Below are positions 17,362-20,000 of a stretch of DNA of 20,000 nt, one piece after another; within the stretch, counting starts at the first letter, position 1; every line of letters starts with the position of its first letter. Made by a program: the position numbers and the translations under genes. The stretch is from an uncultured virus (IMG/VR IMGVR_UViG_3300025853_000056). Taxonomy: Duplodnaviria > Heunggongvirae > Uroviricota > Caudoviricetes. The DNA is taken from IMG/VR virus record IMGVR_UViG_3300025853_000056; one strand, 5' to 3'. The notes beneath the pieces were generated by a model, which worked only from the letters and a program-made list of their open reading frames with translations, did no database searches and was not told the DNA's origin.

Positions 17362-17369
17362 TAATAGTT
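17355..17369 (+). promoter_or_regulatory. Candidate phage late promoter motif AGTGTAA(TAAT) just upstream of the last gene
   Basis: AGTGTAATAATAGTT-ATG. The same heptamer occurs at 2660-2666 and 13177-13183, each shortly upstream of a start codon. Function is inferred only. Confidence 0.35.
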
Positions 17370-20000
17370 ATGCCTATATTTAGTGGAGTTTCAGGTCCAG
17401 TTTATTCAAAGAATTTTGAAATAAGAGACGTTAGAATTGTAGATTTAGACAAAAGCTATGGAAGAGTTTTGTCTGACAGCATTACTTTCTCTAATGGTCT
17501 CAAAGGAAAGGTCGTATCCCTAAATCAGCCAAATTTTACTATACAGTTAGATATATATGATCCAGATTTACAACAAGTAGTATCTTTAAATTCTCTTTCT
17601 AATACAGATTTTTCAGGCATAAATTTAGAAGTGCAAGGCGGCGCACTCAGGGAATCCATGTTCAGAACTTTGGATTCAAAAGCTACAAGGAGAAGTATAT
17701 CTCTATCGGATTTGGCTATAAATTGCGCTGAGTATACAGGTGTAGAAAATTTAAGTTCGCTAAGAACTGGTTTGTACCTTTATTTTACATCTAAAAGCGT
17801 ATTTGGTGATGTTAGTAATTTTTCTTTGGATCTAAGAATACCTGAACCGGAAATTTTTGATTTAAACATTATAACAAAAAATCCTTTGAGGTTTAATGTT
17901 GTTGGAGGTGGGCCGGGATTACAAAATATAAGTTTATTTTGCGTTAAAGATAATTCTATTGAAGATTATTCTGGCAATAAAAATTTATTATTGTCTGATA
18001 ATAATTCTTATGTTTATTACAGAAAAGATTTCGATTTAAGAAATAAAGATATAGAATCTTATGTTTTTGAAGCGAATGTTCCTGTTATTAGGAATGATTA
18101 TCAAGATATTTCTCTTCCTTTTAATTTAGTTCTTGTTCCTCAAGATAATTTTTCAACTGGATCTTATTTTTTGAGTTCTGGAATAAAAAGTTACTTTAAT
18201 AGTGAATATGATATTGCTCCAGAGATAAATAATTTAACAGGCAAGGTTATTGCTAGTCAGAATAAATATGATAAATATTTAGATTTACAGGCTTTTGTTA
18301 AATGGGATGAAACTAAAAATAAAAATTTAACTTTTGAAGCTGATATTGTTGAATTCGGGGAAACTGGATTAGCTGGCCATCCACAAAATCAAGTTAATTA
18401 TCAGATGACCGCTCAGAATCCTTCTGTTGAAAACATTTCTTATATTGTTCAAGGCACTGGATCTGGGATTAATGTATCGTTAATAAATAGTGAAAATATA
18501 GGAGTATATTCTTCAGATATATTTTATGTTACTGGGTCTGGGATTGGTTGGCAAGATCATACTTTATTTTTAGATGATTATAATATTTTCGAACCCGGAG
18601 AATATAATACAGGAACTTCGCTTAGCTATATAACAGAAGTAAGAATTCCATCTGGTAGCTTGCAATCAACTGAAATTTATTTTGTTTATTCTTTTGATAC
18701 CGGAACTAGCGAGTATTCTTTTTATCCTTCTGGGGGTCAATATACAGGATCAATTTATACTGGTACTTATTATGGTTATCCTTTTACAGGTTTAAGTGGA
18801 GAATTCGATAGTTTAACAGGATTAAATTCTGGTATATCTGGTGTAGGTGTTCCTTCTTCTTTAACGGATCTTGATGAACATGGCGTACTAATTGCTAAAA
18901 TAATAACAGGTTATAATGATGGAAGCTTAGTTCGTACTGATACATTTCTACAAACAGCATTTGATCCTTCTTTATCTTTTCCAGTAAAACCTAATAAAAA
19001 TTATAAGTTTAAAGTTAGATCCAAAGATTCTCAAGGTCTTTATTCTGATTTTTCTGATACGCTTTTATTTACTTCTGGTGAAATTTATTCAACAGTAGAA
19101 GAGATTTTTTCTGGTCAATATGTTTTAGCTGGTTCTGGAACTAGTGGATATATTCCATTTTTTAGCGGCGACGATTTATTATTTGATTCTATAATTTATC
19201 AAGCTACAGGAAATATCGGCATCAACAAGCTAGAGCCAAGCGGAAAATTACACGTTGGAGGAAATGTATATATTGATGATGTACAACAAGAAATAGATGA
19301 TGAAAAAGTTTTAGTTTGGAACTCTTCAAGTGGTTTAGTTGGGTATTCGCCTTTCGCAGCTTCAAGCGGAACTTCAGGAACTAGTGGAACAAGTGGAACC
19401 TCTGGTAGTAGTGGAACTAGTGGATCATCAGGAAGCTCTGGAAGCTCTGGATCTTCTGGAAGCAGCGGATCATCAGGTACTAGTGGGTCATCAGGTACTA
19501 GTGGATCATCAGGTACTAGTGGGTCATCAGGTACTAGTGGGTCATCAGGTACTAGTGGGTCATCAGGTACTAGTGGGTCATCAGGTACTAGTGGGTCATC
19601 AGGTACTAGTGGATCATCAGGTACTAGTGGGTCATCAGGTACTAGTGGGTCATCAGGTACTAGTGGATCATCAGGTACTAGTGGATCATCAGGTACTAGT
19701 GGATCATCAGGTACTAGTGGATCATCAGGTACTAGTGGATCATCAGGAAGCTCTGGAAGCGCTGGATCTTCTGGAAGCAGCGGATCATCAGGTACTAGTG
19801 GGTCATCAGGTACTAGTGGATCATCAGGAAGCTCAGGAAGCTCTGGAAGCGCTGGATCTTCTGGAAGCAGCGGATCATCAGGTACTAGTGGGTCATCAGG
19901 TACTAGTGGGTCATCAGGTACTAGTGGGTCATCAGGTACTAGTGGGTCATCAGGTACTAGTGGGTCATCAGGTACTAGTGGGTCATCAGGTACTAGTGGG
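17370..20000 (+). CDS. Large tail fibre-like protein (FN3-like domain, fibre motif, Gly-X-Y Ser/Thr-rich tract); 3'-truncated by the window edge
   Basis: Not in the ORF track because it has no stop in the window. Manual translation from ATG 17370 (MPIFSGVSGPVYSKNFEIRDVRIV...) is open for 877 codons to position 20000. Contains VKPNKNYKFKVRSKDSQGLYSDFSD (FN3 C-terminal strands), GNIGINKLEPSGKLHV (19209-19256) and (GSSGTS)n from 19362. Confidence 0.85.
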   Translation, partial: MPIFSGVSGPVYSKNFEIRDVRIVDLDKSYGRVLSDSITFSNGLKGKVVSLNQPNFTIQLDIYDPDLQQVVSLNSLSNTDFSGINLEVQGGALRESMFRTLDSKATRRSISLSDLAINCAEYTGVENLSSLRTGLYLYFTSKSVFGDVSNFSLDLRIPEPEIFDLNIITKNPLRFNVVGGGPGLQNISLFCVKDNSIEDYSGNKNLLLSDNNSYVYYRKDFDLRNKDIESYVFEANVPVIRNDYQDISLPFNLVLVPQDNFSTGSYFLSSGIKSYFNSEYDIAPEINNLTGKVIASQNKYDKYLDLQAFVKWDETKNKNLTFEADIVEFGETGLAGHPQNQVNYQMTAQNPSVENISYIVQGTGSGINVSLINSENIGVYSSDIFYVTGSGIGWQDHTLFLDDYNIFEPGEYNTGTSLSYITEVRIPSGSLQSTEIYFVYSFDTGTSEYSFYPSGGQYTGSIYTGTYYGYPFTGLSGEFDSLTGLNSGISGVGVPSSLTDLDEHGVLIAKIITGYNDGSLVRTDTFLQTAFDPSLSFPVKPNKNYKFKVRSKDSQGLYSDFSDTLLFTSGEIYSTVEEIFSGQYVLAGSGTSGYIPFFSGDDLLFDSIIYQATGNIGINKLEPSGKLHVGGNVYIDDVQQEIDDEKVLVWNSSSGLVGYSPFAASSGTSGTSGTSGTSGSSGTSGSSGSSGSSGSSGSSGSSGTSGSSGTSGSSGTSGSSGTSGSSGTSGSSGTSGSSGTSGSSGTSGSSGTSGSSGTSGSSGTSGSSGTSGSSGTSGSSGTSGSSGTSGSSGSSGSAGSSGSSGSSGTSGSSGTSGSSGSSGSSGSAGSSGSSGSSGTSGSSGTSGSSGTSGSSGTSGSSGTSGSSGTSGSSGTSG
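19362..20000 (+). repeat. Coding minisatellite: 9-nt/18-nt tandem repeat, main unit GG(A/G)TCATCAGGTACTAGT = GSSGTS
   Basis: 71 consecutive X-Y-Gly triplets. 24 copies of the 18-mer (15 at 19467-19736, 2 at 19782-19817, 7 at 19872-19997) interspersed with three related 45-54-nt cassettes (19422, 19737, 19818). Runs off the window end. Confidence 0.97.

Noticed and set aside
19467..20000. CRISPR array or iteron interpretation of the 18-nt repeats
   Set aside because: There are no unique spacers; units are head-to-tail, in frame, and vary at synonymous positions, so this is a coding repeat.
1..20000. Alternative genetic code (stop-codon reassignment)
   Set aside because: The standard code gives near-complete coding density with gene ends matching expected protein termini, and no in-frame TAG or TGA interrupts conserved domains.
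1..20000. Contractile injection system, T6SS or myophage baseplate
   Set aside because: No sheath, wedge, VgrG/PAAR or LysM genes are seen. The M-L-K-I-J cassette indicates a non-contractile lambda-like tip. A prophage or F-type tailocin origin cannot be formally excluded from this window alone.

Overview
AT-rich window (roughly 30% GC by eye), fully coding on the + strand. It is a tightly packed tail/tail-tip operon of a probably large, non-contractile-tailed (lambda/T5-like) dsDNA phage. Gene order: C-terminal part of the tape measure protein (starts upstream of the window); two probable tandem tube-fold ring proteins flanking a fibre-like gene; a tandem-duplicated gpM/Dit-like protein; two accessory Ig/FN3/LamG-like proteins; the lambda-like L-K-I-J cassette; and a final ORF (17370 to >20000, absent from the ORF track) with FN3-like and fibre motifs ending in an uninterrupted (Gly-Ser/Thr-Ser)n tract encoded by an 18-nt minisatellite. 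No RNA genes, CRISPR array, mobile element or defence system can be supported. The unusual points are architectural. Several core tip proteins carry large domains inserted into conserved loops: about 500 aa between the Fe-S cysteines of gpL, about 240 aa in gpJ, and LamG-like domains in three genes. The ring proteins look internally duplicated, gpK is a stand-alone JAMM protease next to a ubiquitin-like gpI with a GG site, the last protein is strongly Ser/Thr-Gly biased, and an AGTGTAA motif recurs upstream of starts. All family assignments come from motif recognition and synteny, not database searches.
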